This document shows positions 29,874 through 39,382 of a stretch of DNA of 64,000 nucleotides, in pieces; positions within the stretch are counted from its first letter, which is position 1; each line of letters opens with the position of its first letter. This DNA comes from an uncultured virus (IMG/VR IMGVR_UViG_3300025961_000410). Taxonomy: Duplodnaviria; Heunggongvirae; Uroviricota; Caudoviricetes. The notes under the pieces are model-generated. The model was not told the DNA's origin. It ran no database searches and saw only the letters and a list, made by a program, of their open reading frames with translations. The stretch lies in IMG/VR virus record IMGVR_UViG_3300025961_000410; one strand, given 5' to 3'. The translations under genes were made by a program, and so were the position numbers.

Positions 29874-29946
29874 CCCTTATGCATCTCACTAACAAATCCA
29901 CTTATGCTCCAGACTAAGCTGATAGCGTATATCAACCAGTCATCGT

Positions 29947-30420
29947 TCATCTTACAGCTCTTAGTGGTCGTAGGGCACAACTGCCAGCTGGCAAGGCAGC
30001 TCCATCCTGATGTTGGACCACTACATAGCTGACGGGATTTGTCCCTGACACTTCAAGTAAGTCTCCCTCACTCCAGAATCCAGGGTCTGCTCCGTCAGAG
30101 GTTGCAATGCATTCTAAGTCATAATCGATTAGCTTCTCTCCACACCATGAGCAGACTTGTCTCATGACGCCTTGAACCCGCAAGGGTCTACCGACAATAT
30201 GGATCACTTTTACCTCTCCTCTAGCGCATTCTTTTGAGCAGTACCATTCAACTAGTCCAGTAGGTTGCTCTACATGATGACCAACATGACGTTCACCATA
30301 ACTGTTTTTGCATACGCAACAAGTCTTCACGTTCTGTTTAAAATCCATGCTAGCAACGTCTCTTCCCAGCTTCTGATGATTCGCAGTTGGAAGCAATAAA
30401 GATGGAAGCCATCTAACCAT
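29947..30420 (-). CDS. Cys-rich hypothetical phage protein
   Basis: CCVC, YCSKEC, RQVCSWCG motifs. Confidence 0.55.
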   Translation of the reverse strand: MVRWLPSLLLPTANHQKLGRDVASMDFKQNVKTCCVCKNSYGERHVGHHVEQPTGLVEWYCSKECARGEVKVIHIVGRPLRVQGVMRQVCSWCGEKLIDYDLECIATSDGADPGFWSEGDLLEVSGTNPVSYVVVQHQDGAALPAGSCALRPLRAVR

Positions 30421-30511
30421 TCCTGGTCAGTAGTTGTCTTAGCTTTAACTACATCAAATATACCTGGAGCATATCCTGATGGTGGATCAGGGCCTTCGTA
30501 TTTGCTCATCT

Positions 30512-31192
30512 TTAACCTAAGAAGCAAGATTCACATAGGCCAGCTCTTGTCACTGCCTTCGAACCACATAAACAATATTCCTGCTTTTGTTCACCGTCTG
30601 TATTTGCAACTTCTAATGGGTATTCAAGCAATTCTACTGCTGACGCATAACCACCAGCAGATTCTCCATCGATAATCAGATAGTGACCACCAAAGTTAAC
30701 AATACCAATAATTCCAACCTCACCTCTGTACTTGGAATCAATAACACTCAAAACAGGTCTTAGCGTTACTGGTAAGCCATCGTTGGTAATAACCCTAACC
30801 TTAGCTCCAAGCGGAAGTGGTTCAGGTGCTCTGTATATCTTAAACGCTGTTCTCAGCTTTGGTCCTCCATCACTCGTGGTCTCTGATGGGCCATTAGCAC
30901 CCTTAGCTTCATCAACCCAATTAGACCCTGTTGGTCCATATGTAGGTTGGCTGTTATACTGTGGTGATCGCACAGGTCCTTCATCCCGATCTTTTGAAAA
31001 CTCTGCTAGCAAATATTCATAAGGGCAGGATTTTGGATCGTGTGACCATGCTCTCCATATCCGCTGCAGATTCATTTCAATTACTTCTCTACTGAAACTA
31101 CATTCAATTGGCCTCCAGTCACCAATAGGCTCTTTTAATGGTTCTGCAGGTGATCCGATACGACGAAAATAAATTGCATAAGTCTTCAACAT
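30512..31192 (-). CDS. Hypothetical protein
   Basis: 226-aa ORF with GAGG RBS. Confidence 0.65.
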   Translation of the reverse strand: MLKTYAIYFRRIGSPAEPLKEPIGDWRPIECSFSREVIEMNLQRIWRAWSHDPKSCPYEYLLAEFSKDRDEGPVRSPQYNSQPTYGPTGSNWVDEAKGANGPSETTSDGGPKLRTAFKIYRAPEPLPLGAKVRVITNDGLPVTLRPVLSVIDSKYRGEVGIIGIVNFGGHYLIIDGESAGGYASAVELLEYPLEVANTDGEQKQEYCLCGSKAVTRAGLCESCFLG

Positions 31193-31228
31193 CTTTTACC
31201 TCTCTAAACACTGCTATAACAAGTAGAG

Positions 31229-31286
31229 AAACCTGTCATAAGAACTATTAGCTTGGCTGTAGCTACAACTTACTAATGACAGGTTT
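31229..31286. repeat. Intergenic inverted repeat AAACCTGTCAT / ATGACAGGTTT
   Basis: 31229-31239 and 31276-31286. Confidence 0.8.
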
Positions 31287-31476
31287 AACTTAGCGCAACT
31301 AACTAGCTTCAAGCTCTTTTATACTTCACAATCTTATGATCTTTAGTTGAGATTCTTCTTTCAGCTAACTTCTCCAGCCATACTCTGGCTGCTTTTATCG
31401 TTGAGAATATGAATGGTCCTGCCCACTGATTTGTAGCTTTGCTACGAAAAAATACGAGCCAGTAATATGCTCTCAT

Positions 31477-32637
31477 TTATAGGTTTACCACCAGCAACTG
31501 AGTACCTCGAACCAGTTTACGATTTACACTAGTACTCTGTACGAAGATATCCCAATCTCCATGATTGCCAGGAACGACTTTGACATCTCCAGGCGGAAAG
31601 TTGAGCAGAGATTTTGCTTGAACTCCACCATAGATTGCCTTATCTCTCTTTCGCATTAGCAGGATGTTCTTGTAGCTCTGAACCTTCTCTGGCTTAGTCA
31701 GTTGATAGTAAGCAGAGCCTTTTTCATAATTGCCTAGGCAATGCTCGACAAAGCTTCTAATCTCTACTTCCCGCTTGACTTGCAAGACCTTTACCTTTGA
31801 CCGTATATCAGTCAGGGCCTGCTTTACTTCTGTTTTACTAAGATCTCCAGCTTCAACGAAAAACTTCTTTGTTGAGGACTCACCAGCCGATCTACCCTTA
31901 AAGTAAGATGACACACCTACTACAGTTTGAACAGTAACGTTAGCAACGCCTTCAGTTGTCTGTTCCCATTCAGTTATGTTTCCCGAAGGGATCTTCAATT
32001 CCCTAGCAACTGCTTCTTTCTGCCCAACCGGGACTTGAAACGCAAATGTCCAACGATCAGTAACTTGGCAGTTATGCATCATCTCATGAATACTTCTTAC
32101 ATAACGATAAGAGTTATTCTCGTGACCATCAGTAATGGTGATAACTAGATACGAGACGTTTGGAGAATCCCCAATCGTTTTCAGCTGGGTGATTGCTTCT
32201 CCAATCCCATCATAAAGCGGAGTCATTCCTTCAGTCGGGTAGTAAAGAACTACACCGACCTCGTCACTAGGAACTCTAAAGAATTCTGGTCTGATCCCTC
32301 CTGCCCCTACACCAAACCATAGAAGACTGATAGTTGTCTTCTGCTTTGTCTTCTTGGCGTTTTCTTTTATCGAATAGATGGTAGTATTGAGAGCTTTCAA
32401 AGCTGCATTTCTCAACCCTGACATTGATCCAGAACCATCAACCACTAAGAAAGCATGGGTCATCTGCTCTAGTGGTTTCCTCTTGAAAGCTCTCTTTTTC
32501 TTAGGTTGTCTTTGTGAGGTCTTTGCCTTCAAAACCTTCCTGACTTGGTACTCCGTAATTCCTAGGAAGTTGGCGATTGACTTTCGACCATTACCTCTAG
32601 CTGCTAACGATTTGATTTTTTGTTCTAAGTCTTGCAT
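31477..32637 (-). CDS. vWA-domain protein with N-terminal HTH
   Basis: MIDAS DGSGSM, TPLYDGI, ITDGHEN; N-terminal GRKSIANFLGITEYQVRK. Confidence 0.85.
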   Translation of the reverse strand: MQDLEQKIKSLAARGNGRKSIANFLGITEYQVRKVLKAKTSQRQPKKKRAFKRKPLEQMTHAFLVVDGSGSMSGLRNAALKALNTTIYSIKENAKKTKQKTTISLLWFGVGAGGIRPEFFRVPSDEVGVVLYYPTEGMTPLYDGIGEAITQLKTIGDSPNVSYLVITITDGHENNSYRYVRSIHEMMHNCQVTDRWTFAFQVPVGQKEAVARELKIPSGNITEWEQTTEGVANVTVQTVVGVSSYFKGRSAGESSTKKFFVEAGDLSKTEVKQALTDIRSKVKVLQVKREVEIRSFVEHCLGNYEKGSAYYQLTKPEKVQSYKNILLMRKRDKAIYGGVQAKSLLNFPPGDVKVVPGNHGDWDIFVQSTSVNRKLVRGTQLLVVNL

Positions 32638-32643
32638 TGTCTT

Positions 32644-32907
32644 TTACCTTTGTTGAGTCCTAAGTTCCCAATCTCTTCGTTCTGTCTCTGCTTTGAGTTG
32701 TTTCTCTATCTTCTCTTTCTGCTTATACAGGTATTTCTCTCTGAGGGTTAAAAACCGTTTTTCAACTGATATGACATCAACTACAGCATCTCCGATTACC
32801 AAACCACTACCTACCAATCGAAGTCTTGCATTGATGAGGTAAAGCTCAGCTTCCACCAACTCTAAAGTGTCTTTCAAGTCCTGTAGTTCGTCGTTGTTCA
32901 TTTCCAA
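32644..32907 (-). CDS. Hypothetical coiled-coil protein
   Basis: 87-aa ORF. Confidence 0.5.
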   Translation of the reverse strand: MEMNNDELQDLKDTLELVEAELYLINARLRLVGSGLVIGDAVVDVISVEKRFLTLREKYLYKQKEKIEKQLKAETERRDWELRTQQR

Positions 32908-32921
32908 ACTTTCTTCGTAAT

Positions 32922-33137
32922 TTACGCTTTTGGAAAGTCGTCTAGCGCTTTGCGAGCTAACCGAACCCGTTCCTCAGCGATATTCGCTCTTCTAATCTCT
33001 TGATCTAACTGTCCTCTAACAACACTATCAGCAGCGATTACTGTATACTGAGTTGATTTCATTTTTCCAACCCATGCTACCAAGAACCCAATCAAGAATC
33101 CACCCACAAATCCGGTGTAAAATACCCAGGCCATCAC
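32922..33137 (-). CDS. Small membrane-anchored protein
   Basis: N-terminal hydrophobic helix followed by a coiled coil. Confidence 0.55.
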   Translation of the reverse strand: MMAWVFYTGFVGGFLIGFLVAWVGKMKSTQYTVIAADSVVRGQLDQEIRRANIAEERVRLARKALDDFPKA

Positions 33138-33138
33138 C

Positions 33139-33570
33139 CTACCTCACCCTTCCATCGCACTGTTCAAACTTCCCCACTGTAGTGCTAAACTTGGCGCGGA
33201 ATTTCTTGATCACGTCACACAGGATCGCATACTTAGCCTCGATGCTTTGAGCATGGAACCCATCCAGTTCAGCTTCAAATTCTGCCCAAAGTGCTAACCT
33301 ACCAGCTCTGGTCGCAGCTGAAGCTACGGTGTAGTCTCTAGCTTCGATGGCATAGACGACCCCTAGCCCTATTCTCTTTTGATCCTTCACGAGTCGATTG
33401 AAGAACTTCAGAGCGTCCTCTACAGCTCCAGCTGGTATGACAGGAAGTATATATCGTGTAACAGGAAAGCTTGGCCCTGCTCCATCGACCCCCTCTTTCT
33501 CTGAAGCATATGCATAGAGTGGCGCTCCATTACTGTCGAAATTAACCCATATTTCCGCAGGTTTCGTCAT
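33139..33570 (-). CDS. Hypothetical protein
   Basis: 143-aa ORF. Confidence 0.6.
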   Translation of the reverse strand: MTKPAEIWVNFDSNGAPLYAYASEKEGVDGAGPSFPVTRYILPVIPAGAVEDALKFFNRLVKDQKRIGLGVVYAIEARDYTVASAATRAGRLALWAEFEAELDGFHAQSIEAKYAILCDVIKKFRAKFSTTVGKFEQCDGRVR

Positions 33571-33828
33571 TTACCAATCCTTCATTGCTAGCACAACATG
33601 ATTTCGTTTAAACAAACGTAAGTTAGCAACCTTCTCGTAGCGAGGTTCTCCAGTCGTCCATTGAACCTTAACGGTGACATTTCCAAATGTTTGAATAATC
33701 TCACCATGCTGAGTATGAAGCACTTTCCTTAATGCTCCTCCATGTGGAGACATGGCTACCACATGTCGATACTTGTACTTTACTACGTCGCCAACTTCTA
33801 GCAAGACTGGAACATGATCGTTGGTCAT
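33571..33828 (-). CDS. Small SH3/KOW-like protein
   Basis: LEVGDVVKY...HGEII...VKVQW. Confidence 0.5.
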   Translation of the reverse strand: MTNDHVPVLLEVGDVVKYKYRHVVAMSPHGGALRKVLHTQHGEIIQTFGNVTVKVQWTTGEPRYEKVANLRLFKRNHVVLAMKDW

Positions 33829-34469
33829 GTATCTAAAAGAACTGACAGAGAGTTTAGAGCTCGTTCCTTCAACTGCCTAACGCGTTCTCTACTAATCCCC
33901 ATCACGGCAGCTAGGTCCTCGTTGGTTTTGATACTATCATCGTAATAAAGCTTCTCAATTACAAAACGCTCTCTTGCAGGCAATTTTGGAATAGCATCTT
34001 TAATCGAAGCCAAAGATTCCAGATCCTCATAAGAGGGTTGAGACTTGGCTTCAAACTGGAAGTCTTCATGATCAAAATCTAAGAAGAAATGGTTATTAAC
34101 ATGTTTACCATTCAAGCCTTGAAACTTGAAGTCTCGAATAACTACGATAATCTTGGCTTTTGCCCAGAGAGAAGCGTAGGTTACAAACCTAACATCTCTG
34201 CTTCGATCAAACTTATCACAAGCAACGATATAACCCTCAGTGGCAGCTCCAACAAGAGCGTCCATTGATAGACGACTCTTAGAAACGTACTTACCACAGA
34301 TCTGCAAAATCTGTGGTAAGTGAGCTGTGATCAAATCGTTCCTAGCCTTGATATCCTTCTTTATCTGCCATTTTGCTAACAACACTTGCTCTTCGTCTTT
34401 TGAAAGACGTTCAATCGTCTTAGCTATTTTATTGAGTGGGGTCTTAGCACGTTGACGATAATCAAGCAT
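33825..34469 (-). CDS. Sigma-70-family factor (RpoH/sigma32-like)
   Basis: LSKDEEQVL, ARNDLITAHL, DKFDRSRDVRFVTYASLW, region 4 LPARERFVI...EDLAAVMGISRERVRQL. Confidence 0.88.
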   Translation of the reverse strand: MLDYRQRAKTPLNKIAKTIERLSKDEEQVLLAKWQIKKDIKARNDLITAHLPQILQICGKYVSKSRLSMDALVGAATEGYIVACDKFDRSRDVRFVTYASLWAKAKIIVVIRDFKFQGLNGKHVNNHFFLDFDHEDFQFEAKSQPSYEDLESLASIKDAIPKLPARERFVIEKLYYDDSIKTNEDLAAVMGISRERVRQLKERALNSLSVLLDT

Positions 34470-34501
34470 TGTTAGGTTTAAGAATACCAGACGATTGAAT
34501 G

Positions 34502-35500
34502 CTAAGTCAGATCTTCTGCTGGAACTGCAGCAAGGATCTTCTCTTCAAAGAATGAGGCATCTTTACCAGTACTCAAGTCTAGGCTAAAATCAGGCTTTGT
34601 CCGGGGCTGGAACTTCTTCAAAAACTCCCCTACTTCTCGATTAGATAATCCAGGCATAACCGAAACTAGATCTTTGTTTGTTGACATTTGTACTAGTTGT
34701 TGGGCGTTAGGAAATTGATCAGGGACTGATACAACAAGCATCTGTCGAAGCATCTCCATTTCAGTGTAGCTCATACGCTCGCCACAAAACTCATACTCCA
34801 GCCAGGCTTCGAAGGTATCAGGAGCAATCCTTTGAACGATTCCTGCTAGAACATTCGAAAAAGCTCTAATCTCATACTGGGCATGACTATCTAACCGTAA
34901 GCCTAGAAAGTGAAGCAGGTTGTGCAAATCCATCTTCCAATACCAGTAAGTGTAGGTTGAAAGTGGAAGATCAATTCTCGCCAACTCACGAGAAACATCA
35001 TAACTTAGTTGGTTTGAATAGTAGCTCTTAGCATTTTCTTCGTTCGATTTCCACTGAGATTCACATCGATGAAATGTCCCATCATCAACTACACCAGCCC
35101 TTCCTTGCTTGTTAGTCTTTGACTGAAGCTGAAGATGCTCTTGATCAGGACGATAGAACAGCATAGGCATTTTGCTGTAGCGACCTGAGTATTCGTTAAG
35201 CGATGCTGTTCGATGCCTAACCAGCTGCCTAGCAACGAAAATTGGCAGCCCCATGTGAACAACAATCTCAGTCATTTCTGATGGAGTCGTATGGCGATGT
35301 CGTTGCAAATATCTAGCAAGAGCTCGATCTTCTGTAGATCGTTTTGTCCCTGCTCCATAGCTGGTTCTAGCTGCTCTGATTACAGAAGCATCGCCACCCA
35401 TGTAGTCAACCAAGGCTACGAAACCATGGTCAAGAACAGGGAAGTACAGGTTAAGGATTTCGTCAGCAGCTTCTACATTTGGTCGTTGAGGCATTATCAA
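34502..35500 (-). CDS. thyX: FAD-dependent thymidylate synthase
   Basis: ThyX motif RHRTASLNEYSGRY; AARTSY; RELARIDLP; HAQYEIR. Confidence 0.95.
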   Translation of the reverse strand: MIMPQRPNVEAADEILNLYFPVLDHGFVALVDYMGGDASVIRAARTSYGAGTKRSTEDRALARYLQRHRHTTPSEMTEIVVHMGLPIFVARQLVRHRTASLNEYSGRYSKMPMLFYRPDQEHLQLQSKTNKQGRAGVVDDGTFHRCESQWKSNEENAKSYYSNQLSYDVSRELARIDLPLSTYTYWYWKMDLHNLLHFLGLRLDSHAQYEIRAFSNVLAGIVQRIAPDTFEAWLEYEFCGERMSYTEMEMLRQMLVVSVPDQFPNAQQLVQMSTNKDLVSVMPGLSNREVGEFLKKFQPRTKPDFSLDLSTGKDASFFEEKILAAVPAEDLT

Positions 35501-35509
35501 TCTTTCTTT

Positions 35510-35764
35510 TTACACAAACCCACGAATACGAGCATGTCTATTAGCAATTCGAACACATTTGGCACGAATTTTCTCTCCACCATGAAGAGTCAATACAATC
35601 GTTGCACGCTTAGTAGAGGGTGTCAGAATCCACCAAACTAAGGTAGCCAAGTCATACCACTTGAAGGAGATAACCAACCAAACCGAATCATCTACTGAAC
35701 TGATGAGTGCTAGCTCCTCAGCAGCCTCAACGTTTAGAGAGATCGACTTAAGTCCTGCCATCAT
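35510..35764 (-). CDS. Hypothetical protein
   Basis: 84-aa ORF. Confidence 0.5.
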   Translation of the reverse strand: MMAGLKSISLNVEAAEELALISSVDDSVWLVISFKWYDLATLVWWILTPSTKRATIVLTLHGGEKIRAKCVRIANRHARIRGFV

Positions 35765-36025
35765 TCAATCTTTCTTTGAGATGACATCTTCAGGGAAATA
35801 ACCAATCACAAACTCTTCCCCACCTTCTAGGGTAATCGTCTTATCGTCAGCGATGAAGTGTAGATCTTTAGGCCTACCATTTTCATCTCTGTTCTTGATC
35901 AAGCATACGCAAGCTTTGTAGATCCCTTTAGCTGTTGTGATGGTTATTGGCAGCTTTCCTGACTTAAGCTGACTCTGATTTGACGACTTTATTACTGACT
36001 TTCGCAGCTTTCTTTTTTGCGACAT
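35765..36025 (-). CDS. Hypothetical protein
   Basis: 86-aa ORF. Confidence 0.5.
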   Translation of the reverse strand: MSQKRKLRKSVIKSSNQSQLKSGKLPITITTAKGIYKACVCLIKNRDENGRPKDLHFIADDKTITLEGGEEFVIGYFPEDVISKKD

Positions 36026-36452
36026 CTAATTTCCTTTTTGCAACAGTAACACCTTTTGAGTACTTCTTAATCTCGTATCGTGCTTCATCGAATTTACTAA
36101 CTTGATAGTTCAGTAGCGCTTGAGCAGCTTCAACTTCTGTTTGAAACAACTGAGAAGCTACCTTAAACCCCCTACTGTCTACAAATCTCCGAGTGGATGG
36201 TCTATACTTGACAAGTATGGGCTCCATACTATTGGAGTGGTAGCTAACCTTCCAACGTTCTTCCAGAGATTTTCCTGCAGTTGAGGCTTTAAGCCGCTGT
36301 TCAGCTGCAACTTTTGTAGACAAAATTTCAGCAAAATTTACTCTAACGAAATCCTCCCCAATCTTAGCATACAAAAGCTTTCTTTCAGTGTAAATTCCAG
36401 CACTGACAACTTGCTTCTTAACGATTAAAAACGAATCTTTCTCATATTTCAT
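35964..36452 (-). CDS. Hypothetical protein
   Basis: 162-aa ORF. Confidence 0.55.
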   Translation of the reverse strand: MKYEKDSFLIVKKQVVSAGIYTERKLLYAKIGEDFVRVNFAEILSTKVAAEQRLKASTAGKSLEERWKVSYHSNSMEPILVKYRPSTRRFVDSRGFKVASQLFQTEVEAAQALLNYQVSKFDEARYEIKKYSKGVTVAKRKLDVAKKKAAKVSNKVVKSESA

Positions 36453-36703
36453 GGCAGTTCCTTTATTTCAAAATCAGATGTAGTATCAACTATAGTTGGA
36501 GATTCTCTGAGAAGCTTCATAAGACCATCCCAGTATTTCGGTGTTAAACCTTTTGGCTCACAAACATGCTTTTTAGAATCTCTGCATTCTTGACACAACC
36601 ACTCACCACATTCATAGCATTGGTTTCCATCCCTAGCTTCAAGCATCGTTGAACAAACAACGCAGGGATAAACGGCTACATGTCTAACTTGATTGTGAGC
36701 CAT
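36449..36703 (-). CDS. Zn-finger small protein
   Basis: CVVC, CYEC, CQEC, HVC. Confidence 0.6.
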   Translation of the reverse strand: MAHNQVRHVAVYPCVVCSTMLEARDGNQCYECGEWLCQECRDSKKHVCEPKGLTPKYWDGLMKLLRESPTIVDTTSDFEIKELP

Positions 36704-36996
36704 CAGTTAGACTGATTCCTTCCAAAGGTACGATCCCAGCCAGACTTAAAACTAGGGCTATTAACCATAGCTGGTCCATCTCTTGCTGGGTCGTAAATAG
36801 TCTCTACATCATAAAGATCAGGGTCACCTTCCCTTTCTTTGATGCTAACAAACTCTTTTGTTAGTGGCTCTCCGTCAACTACTGCCTGAACAATCTGTAA
36901 CGACTCAACCCCATCTTGATTTCTCATGATGACTGGATCACCAGATTCTCCATCATAGCCAAAAAGTCTTGCAGTTGATTTTCTTGCTTCAGACAT
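36703..36996 (-). CDS. Hypothetical protein
   Basis: GPAMVNSPSFKSGWDRTFG C-terminal motif. Confidence 0.6.
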   Translation of the reverse strand: MSEARKSTARLFGYDGESGDPVIMRNQDGVESLQIVQAVVDGEPLTKEFVSIKEREGDPDLYDVETIYDPARDGPAMVNSPSFKSGWDRTFGRNQSN

Positions 36997-37220
36997 TTAG
37001 ATACCCAACTTCGTAGTCATGGTAAAACCGACTTTAAAAAGAGTTGAAAGTCTGCTTGATACTTAGCTTTAGAAGGTCAACGAAACGTCTCTAGACAAAC
37101 CATAAACAATGCTCCCAATACCAGTCCAATTAGCACTGGGTTGATTGGGTCATTAACGATGATAGTGACTAGTCGCTTAATGTTAACCACTTATCAGATT
37201 CTACCAATCAAACAAAACAA

Positions 37221-37260
37221 TAGCGTCTAAGGTTTCTAAAAAAAGCAACCTTAGACGCTA
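37221..37260 (-). terminator. Rho-independent terminator after the sigma28-like gene
   Basis: Perfect 14-bp stem tagcgtctaaggtt / aaccttagacgcta, followed on the minus strand by TTGTTTTGTTT. Confidence 0.75.
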
Positions 37261-37866
37261 TAAATCGTCTCTAACCAATGTCTTGAGATGTCGACTATCT
37301 CGAAGCTTTTTTAGTATCTTTGTTTTTAGCTGGCAGATTCTTGGTTCTGATAATTTCAATCTCTTTGAGATTGTTTTTAGTGTATCACCTTGTAAAATAC
37401 CACCAATGATAAGCTGTTCTCTTTTTGGCAACTCTTTGACAGCTTCTCTAAATAGAAACCTAACCTCTTCACTAAAGTCATCAGCGTCAGGCTCAAATTC
37501 TAAACGATACAGTTGAAGATTCGAATTTATTTCAAAGTCTTCAAACGCTGCTGGGTCGTATATACCAACCTGGGTTAGAGATCTTATCCCCTTCCCCTTC
37601 AAGTAAGAAGTTCGCTGTCTTCTTTTTAGCCAATCTTGCCGTCTAAGTTCATCGATAATTGAACCCCTAATTCTGACAGCTATTAGGTTTTCTAGGTAAT
37701 CAACGCCACCTTTTCGATTGATAGCGTCCCAAAGCCCCATCATAGCAGCTGATTCAAGATCTTCTATCTGTATTGAACTTGGAAGTCGCTTCATCCAAGA
37801 TTTGGCTAATCTCTTAGCCATTGGAGCATACTCTTTAAACAAGAGTAGCTTCTGTTCACGTGTCAT
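37258..37866 (-). CDS. Sigma-70-family factor (FliA/WhiG/sigma28-like)
   Basis: RLPSSIQIEDLESAAMMGLWDAI, RIRGSIIDELRRQDW, TLKTISKRLKLSEPRICQL. Confidence 0.9.
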   Translation of the reverse strand: MTREQKLLLFKEYAPMAKRLAKSWMKRLPSSIQIEDLESAAMMGLWDAINRKGGVDYLENLIAVRIRGSIIDELRRQDWLKRRQRTSYLKGKGIRSLTQVGIYDPAAFEDFEINSNLQLYRLEFEPDADDFSEEVRFLFREAVKELPKREQLIIGGILQGDTLKTISKRLKLSEPRICQLKTKILKKLRDSRHLKTLVRDDL

Positions 37867-38718
37867 TTACGCCATCTTAAACTGAAGCTTCACAGAATCA
37901 AGTGCAACTTTTGCATTACCCGTCATAGCATTAGCTAGTATGGTTTTGAATCGATGCTCAATAATTGCAGGCATACCAGGATTGCCAGCTCCACCCTTAG
38001 CAATAGCGCTCTTGATGTCTAGCATAATCTCGTCGAATCCCTTGAGTATGTCTTGCAATGCTCCCATTGTATAGACATCAAGACAAGAGCTGATTGCAGT
38101 TGCCATCAAACGCTCTTGATTTCGCATCTTAATTGATGCCTCATAAAGCTTGGCAGCTGATTCTGCAATGCCTTTAAACTCTTGAACCTCTTTTCCTTCA
38201 AGAGGCTTATCAACACCAAATTGCTTGTCTAGCTGATTAAATCTAGCTAGCAGACGTTCAGCAATTCCATGGAATGCTTGAAAGTCATCAACGTTAGCAT
38301 TTAATGCATACTGAAGAGTGGTAACCAACATGTTACCAGAATCAGCACCGTTTTGGTTACCAGTTCCTAACACTTTTTGAATAGCGCTAGCAGCCTCAAC
38401 TGAGGCTGGAACGTGATTCTTGAAATGTCCAGTGAACGAGGTATCGGACATCTTGTCGCGTTTAATAGCATTTGATGGATCGCTATTGTACTTATCAATG
38501 CGTTCCCAAACGTACAAACGTAAAGCCTCAAAGCTCTTCTTCTCAAGAATCCGCATCTCGTGGATTTTGACAAACATTGGCCAATCCCAATGCGCCAGCT
38601 GACATACCTTACAACGATAGTCAGACTTGATCATCTTGAGATCGTTGAGTCCGACTCCCAATGGGTTAGCTGGTGGCTGCCCTTGGCCAGAACCTTTTCC
38701 AGGACCTTTCTTATTCAT
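37867..38718 (-). CDS. Zn-binding hypothetical protein (possible terminase small subunit/DNA-binding)
   Basis: CKVC...HFKNH followed by a helical C-terminus; function speculative. Confidence 0.45.
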   Translation of the reverse strand: MNKKGPGKGSGQGQPPANPLGVGLNDLKMIKSDYRCKVCQLAHWDWPMFVKIHEMRILEKKSFEALRLYVWERIDKYNSDPSNAIKRDKMSDTSFTGHFKNHVPASVEAASAIQKVLGTGNQNGADSGNMLVTTLQYALNANVDDFQAFHGIAERLLARFNQLDKQFGVDKPLEGKEVQEFKGIAESAAKLYEASIKMRNQERLMATAISSCLDVYTMGALQDILKGFDEIMLDIKSAIAKGGAGNPGMPAIIEHRFKTILANAMTGNAKVALDSVKLQFKMA

Positions 38719-38950
38719 TATCAGCCTCGATAATGTCTAGGTAGTACTGTTTGCCAATCTGAAAATGATCTTTGAGACTTGGGTTTGTCAGGTACATGCG
38801 CAATTCACCATTTGGCGTTGCATCCCAAAATCTCTTGTTCTCTGACTCTGGATCTGTACTGTATACAGGATGAAGGATAACTGTCTTATGTCCTGCAGGA
38901 CCAGGATCTTCAGACTTAGTACAGATAAACTTTGCTCTAACAGTTTTCAT
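38711..38950 (-). CDS. Conserved small phage protein
   Basis: VRAKF.C...ENKRFWDATPNG...GKQYYLD pattern. Confidence 0.7.
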   Translation of the reverse strand: MKTVRAKFICTKSEDPGPAGHKTVILHPVYSTDPESENKRFWDATPNGELRMYLTNPSLKDHFQIGKQYYLDIIEADNE

Positions 38951-38956
38951 TGTTTT

Positions 38957-39376
38957 TTCTTTCTGCGTGGCATCGAAACCTCAGCCTTATTGACGCCTCA
39001 TCGGTATCAAGACCAAGTTGATTTTAACTAAACTTCATCAGGCCAGATGAAGCAGTTTCCAAGGTTTGCTGGAGTTTGTTTTGAACCATGACCTACAGAG
39101 GTTTTTCGTTCGATTTGTCTTCCATAAGGATCAGTCTTGTCTTCTGATCCAGTTGTAAAGACTAAATTGATACATGGAATTGCGTCAGCGGCAGTCCATT
39201 TCTCACGATAACCTCCGATAGTGTCCCCATCTTTTGAACCATGCCAAATCGTAACTAAAGCGTTATGAAATTGCCTGTGTTCATCGATAAAGATGACCAG
39301 ATCTCCAACCTTGAGAACTCTTTCGTTAATCTCCATTTGATGCTCTTTCTGTGGCTACGTTGCCACGCAGAAAGAA
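38957..39376. repeat. 16-bp perfect inverted repeat flanking gene 39028..39336
   Basis: ttctttctgcgtggca (38957-38972) / tgccacgcagaaagaa (39361-39376). Confidence 0.9.
39028..39336 (-). CDS. Hypothetical phage protein
   Basis: KVGDLVIF...NALVT...CINLVF...CFIWP pattern. Confidence 0.65.
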   Translation of the reverse strand: MEINERVLKVGDLVIFIDEHRQFHNALVTIWHGSKDGDTIGGYREKWTAADAIPCINLVFTTGSEDKTDPYGRQIERKTSVGHGSKQTPANLGNCFIWPDEV

Positions 39377-39382
39377 GAACCT

